From Alphaproteobacteria bacterium (GTDB lineage Bacteria > Pseudomonadota > Alphaproteobacteria > JAAXGF01), in assembly GCA_963555825.3 (NCBI GenBank), contig CAUVXB020000002.1, forward strand, positions 800,001-864,000: 64,000 nucleotides of DNA, in the 5' to 3' direction. The position numbers and the translations under genes were made by a program. Of this stretch, positions 18,721 to 28,525 are shown in pieces. How positions within the stretch are numbered: position 1 is the stretch's first letter; each line of letters begins with the position of its first letter. The notes under the pieces were generated by a model. The model was given only the letters and a program-made list of their open reading frames with translations. It searched no databases and was not told the DNA's origin.

Positions 18721-19748
18721 TCGGCGTCGGCGTCGAGCTCGGGATCGGACACCGTGCCGCGGTGCGCTCGGCGGTATTCGTAGGCGTCGGTGATCATGCT
18801 CTCGGTCCATAGGCCGCAGTTGGTCGGCGGGTAGCGCGCGGGATTGCCCGGGCCGGTACAGCCCGGCAGCGTGCGCACCACCGTCCTGTAGTTGGCGCCG
18901 AAGAAGAACGGCATCGAATAGCGCGCGCGGTCCGCCGTGTTGATCACCCGGTGCGGCGTCGAGACGAACCGTCCGTTGGTCCAGCGCATCATCATGTCGC
19001 CGATGTTGACCACGAATGTGCCGGGGATCGGCGGCGCCTCGACCCAGTCGCCCGCCCTGTGGCCGACCTGGAGACCGCCGGCGTCGTCCTGCCACAGGAT
19101 CGTGAAGCACTCGTAATCGGTGTGTGGACCGATGCCGATCCGTTTCGGCTCGATCGGGCCCTGGCGCGACGGATAGTAGATCAACCGCAACTGCGCCATC
19201 GGCTTGTCGATATTGTCCTCGAAGAAGTCCTCGGGCAGGTCGAGGGCCATTGCGAACGCGCGGAACAGAAAGTGGCCGAGGTCGAGGACCCGCTCGAAGT
19301 AGCCGTAGACTGCGGGCCGGAACGACGGCAGCGCCGCGGGCCAGACGTTCGGCCCGTACATGATGTTGCCGGCCAGGTAGTCCGGGTCTTCGTCGCCCAG
19401 CTCCAACGAGACCTCGTAGCCTTCCTGAAAATCCACCTCGGCCGTCGGACCGGCATAAAGCCCGCCCAAGGGGACGTAACCGCGGTGGCGCTGGAGTTTC
19501 GCGATGTCGAGATCCATCTTGGCCTCGAGCGGCAGCGCGAAGAAGTCCCGCATCGCCATCTGCGCGCCGTCGATCACCGTCTGCGGGATGCGATGGTTCT
19601 TGACGTAGAAGAAGCCGACGTTCCGGCAGGCGTCGTCGAGCGCCTCGGCGACCGTCAATTTGTCGCGACGGTCGCCGAGAATCAGACCGTCGATGTCGAT
19701 GACCGGAATCTCGTCGTCCCGGATCGATCGTGCGTCGAGGTCAGCCAT
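18717..19748 (-). CDS. Isopenicillin N synthase family 2OG-Fe(II) oxygenase
   Basis: IPVIDI, GFFYVKNH, HTDY, STPHRV, RYSMPFF. Confidence 0.92.
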   Translation of the reverse strand: MADLDARSIRDDEIPVIDIDGLILGDRRDKLTVAEALDDACRNVGFFYVKNHRIPQTVIDGAQMAMRDFFALPLEAKMDLDIAKLQRHRGYVPLGGLYAGPTAEVDFQEGYEVSLELGDEDPDYLAGNIMYGPNVWPAALPSFRPAVYGYFERVLDLGHFLFRAFAMALDLPEDFFEDNIDKPMAQLRLIYYPSRQGPIEPKRIGIGPHTDYECFTILWQDDAGGLQVGHRAGDWVEAPPIPGTFVVNIGDMMMRWTNGRFVSTPHRVINTADRARYSMPFFFGANYRTVVRTLPGCTGPGNPARYPPTNCGLWTESMITDAYEYRRAHRGTVSDPELDADAD

Positions 19749-21168
19749 GCCGAACCGAAGCGATCGCAGGCCGTCCCGTGAGCGGCCGCCGCGCCTCGAT
19801 CGCTCGGGCGACGCGGAACACGGTGACGTCGTCGTAGGGCCGCCCGGCGATCTGCACGCTGGTCGGCAGGCCGCCCGTCGTCATGCCCGACGGCACGGCG
19901 AGCACCGGGCAGCGGCCGAACATGTTGAACAACCCGGTCATCGCCCAGTCGCTCGCGCCGACCGGCTTGCCGTTGACGCGCAGGCTGTCGTCCCAGGGTT
20001 TCATGTCGGCGGCGACCTCGTGGGTCGCGACGGTCGGGCAGACGAAGGCATCGAAGCTGCGGAACAGCGGCCCAAGATGTTCCCACCAGACGCGCCCCGC
20101 GACGGTCATCGCGCGGTGGAAGTCGGCCGCCGTGACGGCTTCGTTGTAGCGCGCGAAATAGGGCGTGTAGTCGCATACCAGGTCAGCGTGGTCGCGCACC
20201 GCGGCGGTGAAGTCGTCGGCGTAGATATGCGCGCCCCAGGCATGCGACGCCTCGACCGCCTCGCCGGCCCAGTCGACCGCGACCTCGCTGACCACCGCAC
20301 CGGCCTCGGCGAGCGCCGCGACGGCGGCCGCGGTCTCACGGCGGACATCGGCATGCACCTCATAGCAGCCGAGGTCGATCGAATAGGCGATCCGCAAACC
20401 GGCGATGCCCTTCGGCTCGCCAGGGATGCGCAGCTTGGGCCGCACCGTGTTGTGATCGAGCGGATGCGGGCCGGCCATGGCGTTCTGCATCAGCGCGCAG
20501 TCGGCCACCGTGCGGGCCATCGGGCCAATGTGGAAATAGGCGTCGTTGTTGTAGGCCGCGACGTTGGGGTTGCGCCCGAACGGCGGTTTGAAGCCGACGA
20601 CACCGCACAGCGCTGCCGGGTGGCGGATCGAGCCGGCGCTGTCCGAGCCGGTCGCCAGCGACGTCGTGCCGGCGGCCAGCGCGGCGCCCGAACCGCCCGA
20701 CGACGAGCCGGAAGTGAACGCCGGGTTCCACGGATTGCGCGTCACGCCATAGCGCTTGGAATAGCACACCCAGGGCCAGACGAACTCGGGGCAGGTGGTG
20801 CGCGCATGCACGATCGCGCCGGCGCGGATCAGCCGCCCGACCGAGGGGTTGGTCGGCCCCGTCACCTGGTTGGCGGGCACCAGCGAGCCGGCGGTGCCCG
20901 GCTTGCCGGCGATCGCCGTGTCGTCCTTGACCGCGAGCGGCAGGCCCTCGAGCGAGCGCGGCCGGCCATCGGTCTTGGCGTATTTCGCCTCGGCCTTCTT
21001 CGCCCGCGCCATCGCCTCGTCGAAGTAGCGCGCGGCGAAGGCGTTGATCACCGGCTCGACCGCCTCGGCGCGGGCGATCACCGCGGCCATCAGCTCGACC
21101 GGCGACAGCGCGCGGCGCTTGAAGCGCGCCAGCGCCTCGGCGGCCGGCATGTAATGGAGATCGGCCAC
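19741..21168 (-). CDS. Amidase signature family protein
   Basis: GLPLAVKD, GSSSGGS, GSDSAGSIRHPA; GTG after AGGGG. Confidence 0.9.
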   Translation of the reverse strand: MADLHYMPAAEALARFKRRALSPVELMAAVIARAEAVEPVINAFAARYFDEAMARAKKAEAKYAKTDGRPRSLEGLPLAVKDDTAIAGKPGTAGSLVPANQVTGPTNPSVGRLIRAGAIVHARTTCPEFVWPWVCYSKRYGVTRNPWNPAFTSGSSSGGSGAALAAGTTSLATGSDSAGSIRHPAALCGVVGFKPPFGRNPNVAAYNNDAYFHIGPMARTVADCALMQNAMAGPHPLDHNTVRPKLRIPGEPKGIAGLRIAYSIDLGCYEVHADVRRETAAAVAALAEAGAVVSEVAVDWAGEAVEASHAWGAHIYADDFTAAVRDHADLVCDYTPYFARYNEAVTAADFHRAMTVAGRVWWEHLGPLFRSFDAFVCPTVATHEVAADMKPWDDSLRVNGKPVGASDWAMTGLFNMFGRCPVLAVPSGMTTGGLPTSVQIAGRPYDDVTVFRVARAIEARRPLTGRPAIASVRHG

Positions 21169-21179
21169 GGCGTCCCCCT

Positions 21180-22370
21180 TCAGTCCGCGCCGCACACGGC
21201 GAGCGCGCTGAGATAGTAGACCTTCGCGGCGGTCAGGAAATCGGCGACCGCGATGCTCTCGTCCGGCTGGTTGATGTCGTCGACCTTGCCGGGCCCGTAG
21301 ATCACCGTCGGGATGCCGGCGCGCAGCAGGTGCGAGGCGTCGGTGCCGAAGAACACCTGCGGTATCAGCGGGCCGATGTGGGGCGCCGCGCCGCACACCG
21401 CCTGATGGACCGCGGCGACGGTGCGGACGATCGGTTCGTCGTGTGCCACGCGGTAGGGGTACTGCTGGCAGAACGCCGGCGGCTGCAACAGCTCGACCGC
21501 CACAGTGCCCGTCTCGACTCCCTCGATCGCGCGCTCGATGTCGGCCTTTACCCCGCCGGGCGTCATGCCCGGCACGGTGCGGACGTCGATCAGCGCCTCG
21601 GCCTGCGCGGCGAGCATCGACGGTACGCCGCCGCCCGCAATCGAACCGACGTTGAGCGTCGGCAGGCCGGGAAACTCGTCGTGCGGCTCGAAGCGCAGCA
21701 CGCCTTCGTCGAGCGCGCCGAGCGTCGCGACCAGGCCGTCGATCGCGTTGCGGCCGGCGGAACGCTGGCAAATGTGGGCGCTCACGCCCGACACGCGGAG
21801 CCTGAGCTGGGTGACACCCGCATGCGCCGTCAACAGGTTGAGGTCGGTCGGCTCGCCGTTGATCGCCGCGTCCGCCGTGACGCCTTGGCCGAGCATATGG
21901 GTGGTGCCAAGGCCGAGCGCATCGCATTCGCCGATCACGGCCGAGAGGACGACGCGGCCGCCGAGGCCGTCGGTGTCGCGCGCGAGCGCCGCCATGCAGC
22001 CGATCATGGCGCCGACCGCGGCCTTCATGTTGTTGATCTCGGCGCCGAACAGCCGGTCGCCGATGCGCCGCGGCGTATAGGGATCGGCGGTCCCGCCGAC
22101 GGGCACCGGCAGGGTGTCGAGGTGGCCGTTGAACAACAAGACGGGCCCCGGCCGGCCACTATCCAGCGTCGCGATCACGTTGCGCCGGCCGGCCAGCACT
22201 TCCTGCTCGACGACGTCGAGGCCGAGGCCGCGCAACGCGTCGGCGGCCCAGCGCGAGATCGCGTCTTCCGCGCCCGAGACGCTCGGCTGCGACACCAGCG
22301 CCTCGACCGCGCCGATGACCTCGCTCTCGTCGATCGCGGCGGTGCGCGCGGTGTCGGGAAACCCTGTCAT
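21180..22370 (-). CDS. M20/ArgE-DapE family hydrolase with atypical metal motifs
   Basis: LFNGHLDT, NGEPT, GTDA, YGPG; NNMKA and GECD in place of the usual DMKG and DEE. Confidence 0.8.
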   Translation of the reverse strand: MTGFPDTARTAAIDESEVIGAVEALVSQPSVSGAEDAISRWAADALRGLGLDVVEQEVLAGRRNVIATLDSGRPGPVLLFNGHLDTLPVPVGGTADPYTPRRIGDRLFGAEINNMKAAVGAMIGCMAALARDTDGLGGRVVLSAVIGECDALGLGTTHMLGQGVTADAAINGEPTDLNLLTAHAGVTQLRLRVSGVSAHICQRSAGRNAIDGLVATLGALDEGVLRFEPHDEFPGLPTLNVGSIAGGGVPSMLAAQAEALIDVRTVPGMTPGGVKADIERAIEGVETGTVAVELLQPPAFCQQYPYRVAHDEPIVRTVAAVHQAVCGAAPHIGPLIPQVFFGTDASHLLRAGIPTVIYGPGKVDDINQPDESIAVADFLTAAKVYYLSALAVCGAD

Positions 22371-22907
22371 GCCGTGCATTATCGCCAAATTCGACGCGAA
22401 GTGACAGCCGGCTTGCAAGCGATTATTCTTCATCGCCCCGCACCATCGCCCACCGAGCAGCGCCCGTATGTCCGCCAGCTTTCCGCATCTCTTCTCGCCG
22501 CTCACCCTCGGGCCGCTGACGATCAAGAACCGGATATTCTCGACCGGCCACATGACCATGATGGTCGAGCATGGCAAGCCGACCGACGACCTGGTCGCCT
22601 ATCATGCGGCGCGCGCGGCGGGCGGCGCCGGGCTGATCATCACCGAGGCGGCGCGCGTCCACGCCTCGGGGGTGTCTGGCGGTAGCGCGCTCGATGCGTC
22701 GCGTGACGACTGCATCGAAGGATACGGCCGCATCGCCCGGGCGGTGCACGCGCATGGCTGCGCCGTGTTCGGCCAGCTGACCCATTCTGGCCGGGTGATG
22801 TACACCTCGGGCGACGGCACCCGGCCGGTCCCTTACGCGCCATCGACGCTGCCCGACGAGCGCTTCCACAACATGCCGCGCGCGATGCCGGTTTCGATGA
22901 TCCACGA

Positions 22908-24561
22908 GGGTGTGGGTCTGGTATGGAAAATCTAAGTCATTGATTTAGTGCGTTTTTTGTGTCGAGACGAACGGCCGAAATCGGCTATTCGTGACAATGG
23001 GCCGCTCCAAGGCAGGATTTTGTCACGACGGCAGGGTCGAGCAGGGGAAGGTGGGAACGCTCCGCACCGCCAGAAGCGGTACGATGCCGTGTCTCGAAAC
23101 CCAACATCGGGAGCATTCCCATGGCAGTATCCCCGCCTCCGGCGCCTTCGTCCATCGATCTTTCCGGCCTGCCTCCTCGGGTCGTCGAGGCGGCCGCCCG
23201 GGTGCTCGCACTGTGTCGCGAGGAGCTTCGTTCCGAGCCGCGCCCCGAGGCGCCCGAGGAGGTCGAGTTGCGGGTGCGTGAGGCCACGAACGAGTTCGCT
23301 CGCGATGTCATGGGCGCCGTCATCGAGAACCGGGACGATGGCGCTTCCCGGATCGAGCGGGACGGGCAGAGCTGGTTCCGGGTCGCGGTGACGCCGAAGA
23401 CGATCATGACCTCGCTCGGTCCGGTGACCTACCGGCGAGCGCGTTACCGCAGCGGCGCGAGCGGGGCATCGCCGGTGCCGGTCGACGAGAGCCTGGGCCT
23501 CGTCGACGATTACCTGACGCGGCCGGCGGCCGAGCTCGGTCTGCTGATGATGGGTCACTGCACGGCCCGGGAAGCGGCGGCGTTCTTTGCGAAGACCGGC
23601 GCCATGACGCCGTCGGTGAGCACCCTGCAGCGCCTGACCCTGAGCATGCACGAATGCTGGGAGAGCCTCGGCCCGGAGACGCTGGGCAGCATCCGTGAGG
23701 CCGAGGGCATACCGCAGGACGCGACCACCGCCTCGGTCTCCCTCGACGGCGTCATGGTGCCGCTGAGACCCGGCGAGGACGGTCGCGCCAAGGCCTCCTG
23801 GCGCGAGGCTGCCTGCGGCACGGTCTCCTTCCACGACGCCGAGGGCAAGCGCCTGAAGACCCTCTATCTCGGCCGCATGCCGGAGAGCGGCAAGCTCACG
23901 CTGAAGGCGCAGCTTGCAAGCGAAGTCGCACACATCAGGCGAGCACGCCCCGAGATCGGGATCGTCGCTATCGCCGATGGCGCCGCCGACAACTGGACCT
24001 TCCTGGAGACCCTGTCGCCCGAAACCGAGGTGATCGACTTCTGGCATGCTTGCGAACATCTGCAAACCGCGTCCGACCATGCCGTGGCGCCCGGCTGGTT
24101 CGAGAAGTACCGCGAGATCCTCCGTCACGATCCCCGTGGCGTCGCCAAGGTGATCCGGGCGCTGCGCCACCTTCGCGATGCCGCCGCTGCGCCGGACCGG
24201 GCCGAGACCGAGCGGGAACTCGCCTTCTTCCGCAAGCATCGCCATCGCATGCGCTACCACGCCCTGAAGGAAGAGGGCATCGCCATCGGCTCAGGCGTGG
24301 TCGAAGCTGCCAACAAGACCCTGGTGACACAGCGCATGAAGCGCTCCGGCATGCGCTGGCGGATCGTCGGCGGACAGGCTGTTCTGACCTTCCGCGCCCT
24401 GATCAAATCCGGCCGCTTCGAGCGGGCATGGAAGGCCCTGATCAGCGCAACCGACACACCGGCCAACGACAACATCAGTCCACGTGCAGCAGCCATGGCA
24501 ATCGCTGCCTGAACTCAACGAACCAAGCCGCAGACATCACTGCCATGCGAGACTCGCACCC
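22908..24561 (+). mobile_element. ISKra4/IS256-superfamily insertion sequence (1654 bp), 8-bp DR
   Basis: Ends gggtgtgggtctggtatgg / ccatgcgagactcgcaccc; DR atccacga at 22900-22907 and 24562-24569. Confidence 0.88.
23121..24512 (+). CDS. ISKra4-like transposase
   Basis: SLDG, ADGAADNW, DFWHACEHL, IGSGVVEAANK..RMKRSGMRW. Confidence 0.9.
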   Translation: MAVSPPPAPSSIDLSGLPPRVVEAAARVLALCREELRSEPRPEAPEEVELRVREATNEFARDVMGAVIENRDDGASRIERDGQSWFRVAVTPKTIMTSLGPVTYRRARYRSGASGASPVPVDESLGLVDDYLTRPAAELGLLMMGHCTAREAAAFFAKTGAMTPSVSTLQRLTLSMHECWESLGPETLGSIREAEGIPQDATTASVSLDGVMVPLRPGEDGRAKASWREAACGTVSFHDAEGKRLKTLYLGRMPESGKLTLKAQLASEVAHIRRARPEIGIVAIADGAADNWTFLETLSPETEVIDFWHACEHLQTASDHAVAPGWFEKYREILRHDPRGVAKVIRALRHLRDAAAAPDRAETERELAFFRKHRHRMRYHALKEEGIAIGSGVVEAANKTLVTQRMKRSGMRWRIVGGQAVLTFRALIKSGRFERAWKALISATDTPANDNISPRAAAMAIAA

Positions 24562-26200
24562 ATCCACGAGGTCGTCGGCGCCCACGGCGCGGCGGCGCGG
24601 CGCATGACGCGCGCCGGGCTCGACGGCGTCGAGGTGTTGGCGAGCCATGGCCTGCTGCCGGCGCAGTTCCTCAACCCCCTGGTCAATCGGCGCGACGACG
24701 ACTACGGCGGCAGCCCGGGGAACCGCCTGCGCTTCCTGCGCGAGGTCGCCGACGCGGTGCGCGCCGCGGTCGGGCCCGACACGGTGCTCGGCCTGCGCAT
24801 CTCGGGCGACGAGATGCAGCACGACGGGCTGACGCCCGACATCGTCATCGACGTGCTGGAGGCGCTCGATGCCGACGGGGTGTTCGACTATTTCAACGTC
24901 ATCGCCGGTTCGATGTCAGGCCTCGCCGGCTCGGTCCATGTCGTGCCGCCGATGTTCATCGACACCGCCTACGTCGCGCCCTTCGCGGCGACGGTCAAGG
25001 CCGTGACCGGCCGTCCGGTGTTCGTCGCCGGGCGCATCAACCAGCCGCAGATCGCCGAGCAGGTCATCGCCTCGGGCCAGGCCGATATGTGCGGCATGAC
25101 GCGGGCGATGATCTGCGACCCGGCGATGGCCGGCAAGGCGGCGGCCGGGCGCAGCGACGACATCCGCGCCTGCATCGGCTGCAACCAGGCGTGCATCGGC
25201 CATATGCAGACCGGCTATCCGATCTCCTGCATACAGTTCCCCGAGAGCGGGCGAGAGCGGACCTACGGCACGCGTGTGCCGGCCGAAACCCGGCGCAAGG
25301 TGCTGGTCGCCGGCGGCGGCCCGGCGGGCATGAAGGCAGCCGCCGTCGCCGCCGAACGCGGCCACGCTGTGACGCTTTACGAGCGCGCGGCGCGGCTCGG
25401 TGGCCAGGCGCTGCTGGCCCAGCTCCTGCCGCGCCGCGCCGAGTTCGGCGGCATCGTCACCAACTTGGCGCGCGAGATGGAACTGGCCGGCGTCACCGTG
25501 GTCAAGAACAGCGAGGTAACGGCGGCGCTGATCGACGCCGAGGCGCCCGACGCCGTGATCGTCGCGACCGGCGCCGCGCCCTACCGCCCGGCCATCGAGG
25601 GCGCCGACGACGGCCATGTCGTCGACGCCTGGCAGGTGCTGAACGGCGAGGTCAACGTCGGCCAATCGGTCGTCGTCGCCGATTGGCGCTGCGACTGGGT
25701 CGGCTTGGGATTGGCCGAGAAGCTGGTGCGCGACGGCTGCCACGTGCGCCTCGCGGTCAACGGCACCATGGCGGGCCAGAGCCTGCAGCAATACGTCCGC
25801 GACCACTGGGTCGGCGAACTGCACACCCTCGGCGTCGAGATAATCCCCTACGCGCGCGTCTTCGGCATCGATGCCGACACGGTCTATCTGCAGCACACGG
25901 CGAGCGGCGAGCCGATCCTGTGCGAGGCCGTCGACACGCTGGTCACCGCGCTCGGACACACGCCCGAAACGACGCTCGAGGCCGCGCTGGCCGATTACCC
26001 GGGCGACGTCCAGCTGGCCGGCGACTGCCTCAGCCCGCGCACCGCCGAGGAAGCCGTCCTCGAAGGCCTCAAGGCCGGCTGCGCGGTCTGACGGCCATGG
26101 CCGCCTCGCGTGCGGCACCTCGAAGCGGCCCGCCGCGATTGATCACCGCCCGATTGCCGGGCATTGTCCTGGGACCGGGCCGAATTAGGGAGGCGACAGC

Positions 26201-27382
26201 GTGACCAGCCAGACATCCGAGGCTCCGCGCGGCTTCGCGCGCGCCGAGTTCGAGCAGCGTTTGGCGCGCGCGCAACGGGCAATGGCCGACGACGACCTCG
26301 ACGCGCTGGTCGTCACCTCGGCGCCCAACGTGCGCTATTTCACTGGGCTGGCGACCGAGTTCTGGGAGAGCCCGACGCGTCCCTGGTTCGTCGTCGTGCC
26401 GCGCGAGGGCGAGCCGATCGCCGTGATCCCCGAGGTCGGCGGCCCGGGCATGGCGATGACCTGGGTCGGCGATATCCGCACCTGGCCGGCGCCGCGTCCG
26501 GCCGACGACGGCATCTCCTTGATGCGCGACACGCTCACCGAACTGCCGCGCCGAAGCGGGCGGATCGGCTGGGAGATGGGCCGCGAGTCGATCATACGCA
26601 TGCCGATCGTCGATTTCGACGCACTTCGCGCCGGCGCCGGCAACCTCGAGTTCGCCGACGGCTCGCCGACCATCTGGCGCCTGCGCGGCATCAAGTCGCC
26701 GGCCGAGATCGCGCGCCTGCGCCGCGTCTGCCAGATTGCCAGCGACGCCTTCGCGGCGCTGCCCGAAAAGCTGTGCATCGGCGAGACCGAGATCGATGCC
26801 TGCCGCAAGATGCGCGTTGAGCTGATCGAGCGTGGCGCCGACGGCGCGCCCTTCGTCGCGACGGTCTCGGGCGTCGGCGGCTACAGCCAGTGCATCGTCG
26901 GGCCGACCGAACGGGTTTTGAGCGACGGCGACGTGCTGTTCATCGACACCGGCGCGACCTACGACGGCTATTTCTGCGATTTCGACCGCAACTTCGCGTT
27001 CGGTGCGCTGTCGGACGCGGCCCGGCGCTGCCACGAGGCGGTCTGGGACGCGACCGAGGCCGGCATCGCCGCCGCGCGGCCGGGCGCGACGTCGAGCGAT
27101 CTGTTCCGCGCCATGTCGGGCGTGCTCGAGGCGGCCGGTTCGCGGGGCCTCAACGTCGGCCGCATGGGCCACGGCCTCGGCATGCAGCTGACCGAGCCGC
27201 CGTCGAACATGCCGGGCGACGAGACGCCGCTGGTGCCCGGCATGGTGATGACCATCGAGCCGGGCATGGAATACGCGCCCGGCCGCATGATCCTGCACGA
27301 AGAAAACGTCGTCATCACCGAGGACGGCTGCGAGCTGCTGACCCGCCGCGCGCCGCGCGACATGCCGATCATCGCCGGCTAG
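26201..27382 (+). CDS. M24 family (Xaa-Pro peptidase/creatinase-like) hydrolase
   Basis: KSPAEI, DTGA..GYFCDFDR, GHGLG, IEPG, HEENV. Confidence 0.9.
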   Translation: MTSQTSEAPRGFARAEFEQRLARAQRAMADDDLDALVVTSAPNVRYFTGLATEFWESPTRPWFVVVPREGEPIAVIPEVGGPGMAMTWVGDIRTWPAPRPADDGISLMRDTLTELPRRSGRIGWEMGRESIIRMPIVDFDALRAGAGNLEFADGSPTIWRLRGIKSPAEIARLRRVCQIASDAFAALPEKLCIGETEIDACRKMRVELIERGADGAPFVATVSGVGGYSQCIVGPTERVLSDGDVLFIDTGATYDGYFCDFDRNFAFGALSDAARRCHEAVWDATEAGIAAARPGATSSDLFRAMSGVLEAAGSRGLNVGRMGHGLGMQLTEPPSNMPGDETPLVPGMVMTIEPGMEYAPGRMILHEENVVITEDGCELLTRRAPRDMPIIAG

Positions 27383-27450
27383 GTCAATCGGATTTCAGGA
27401 GTCGCCAATCGAATTTCGCGCGCCACCACCCTATAGAACGAAGTTTTTTT

Positions 27451-27520
27451 AATTGGAGTCGGGAACCATTTATCTTACTGTATTTATTCAATAACAATGG
27501 TGTCTGACCCCAGATTATTT
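27451..27520. repeat. REP-like inverted doublet with AT-rich spacer (copy A)
   Basis: aattggagtcgggaaccattt ... aatggtgtctgaccccagatt between convergent genes. Confidence 0.6.
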
Positions 27521-27586
27521 AGACTCACGGTTGTGAGCGTCGGCCGCGTCGACGTTCGATCGACGCCGCCCGAGGCGAGGTGGCGC

Positions 27587-28525
27587 TCAGCGCCCGATGG
27601 CGGCCAGGTGGCGGGCGAAGTCGGGCTCGCCCATCAGCGTCTTGCAGCGCTCGAAGCGGTTGACCGCATAGGCCCAGAAGTCCTCGGCCGGGTTCTCGTT
27701 GGCGTGCTGGATGAGGCCCCACAGCGTCCACAACAGATCGCACATCGCCTTGTAGATGACCATGCGGCCGTAGACGTGCGCGGGCGCCGCGCCGCCGCAG
27801 TAGGCGTCCATCATCTCGCGGTCGTGGCGGGCCTCGAAGCCGGCCTCGACCGAGAGGTCGCCCAAGTCCCAGATCGGGTCGTTCATGCCCGAATATTCCC
27901 AGTCGACGATCCACATGCGCGCACCGTCGTCGAGCAAGTTTTCGCACAATGGGTCGCAGTGGCAGGGCGCCAGCGGGGTCGGGTTGGCGTCGAGCACCCG
28001 GCGCACCGCCTCGGCCTCGGCGACGACGTCGTGGTAGCCGTCGGGCAGCGCCGCGCCCTTGCCGTCGAGCAGCGCCAAGTAGTCGTCGATCATGGCGAAC
28101 AGCTCGAAGCGGAAGCGGAACTCCCGGCCGCAGTCGTGCAGTTGCTTAAACGCCCGCGCGGCGCGCGCCGGCGCGCCGGCGCTCGAGCGAAAGCTCTCGG
28201 GCGACATCGTCTCGGTGCCGTCGAGATAGCGCGTCACCATCAGCCCCGACGGCGCGTCGGCGTAGAGCAGCTCGGCCGAGACGCCGGCCTCGGCGGCGAG
28301 CCGCGCGTTGTGCATCTCGACTGCGCGGTCGATGTATTCCTCGGTGCCCTTGCCGGCCACGCGCAGCACGTAGCGCTCGGCGCCCGCCTCGATTCGATAC
28401 ACCAGGTTGGTCAGGCCGCCGAGCCGCTCGATCACGACGTCGTCGGCGCCGAGCCCGGCCAGCATCGGCACTGCCTTCATCGCCTCATGAGCCGCTTCCA
28501 TCGCCGTCTCCCCCTCGCTGGTCAT
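27587..28525 (-). CDS. Choline/ethanolamine kinase-like phosphotransferase
   Basis: GGLTN, PCHCDPLCEN, IVDWEYSG; alternative start 28501. Confidence 0.9.
   Translation of the reverse strand: MTSEGETAMEAAHEAMKAVPMLAGLGADDVVIERLGGLTNLVYRIEAGAERYVLRVAGKGTEEYIDRAVEMHNARLAAEAGVSAELLYADAPSGLMVTRYLDGTETMSPESFRSSAGAPARAARAFKQLHDCGREFRFRFELFAMIDDYLALLDGKGAALPDGYHDVVAEAEAVRRVLDANPTPLAPCHCDPLCENLLDDGARMWIVDWEYSGMNDPIWDLGDLSVEAGFEARHDREMMDAYCGGAAPAHVYGRMVIYKAMCDLLWTLWGLIQHANENPAEDFWAYAVNRFERCKTLMGEPDFARHLAAIGR

Larger units (their letters stand above)
22468..26091 (+). pseudogene. NADH:flavin oxidoreductase (OYE plus Fe-S/FAD, FadH/DgcA-like) split by an ISKra4-like element
   Basis: Removing the IS and one DR restores ...SMIHEVVGAHGAAARR...; CIGCNQAC and GGGPAG motifs in the 3' half. 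Confidence 0.9.
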
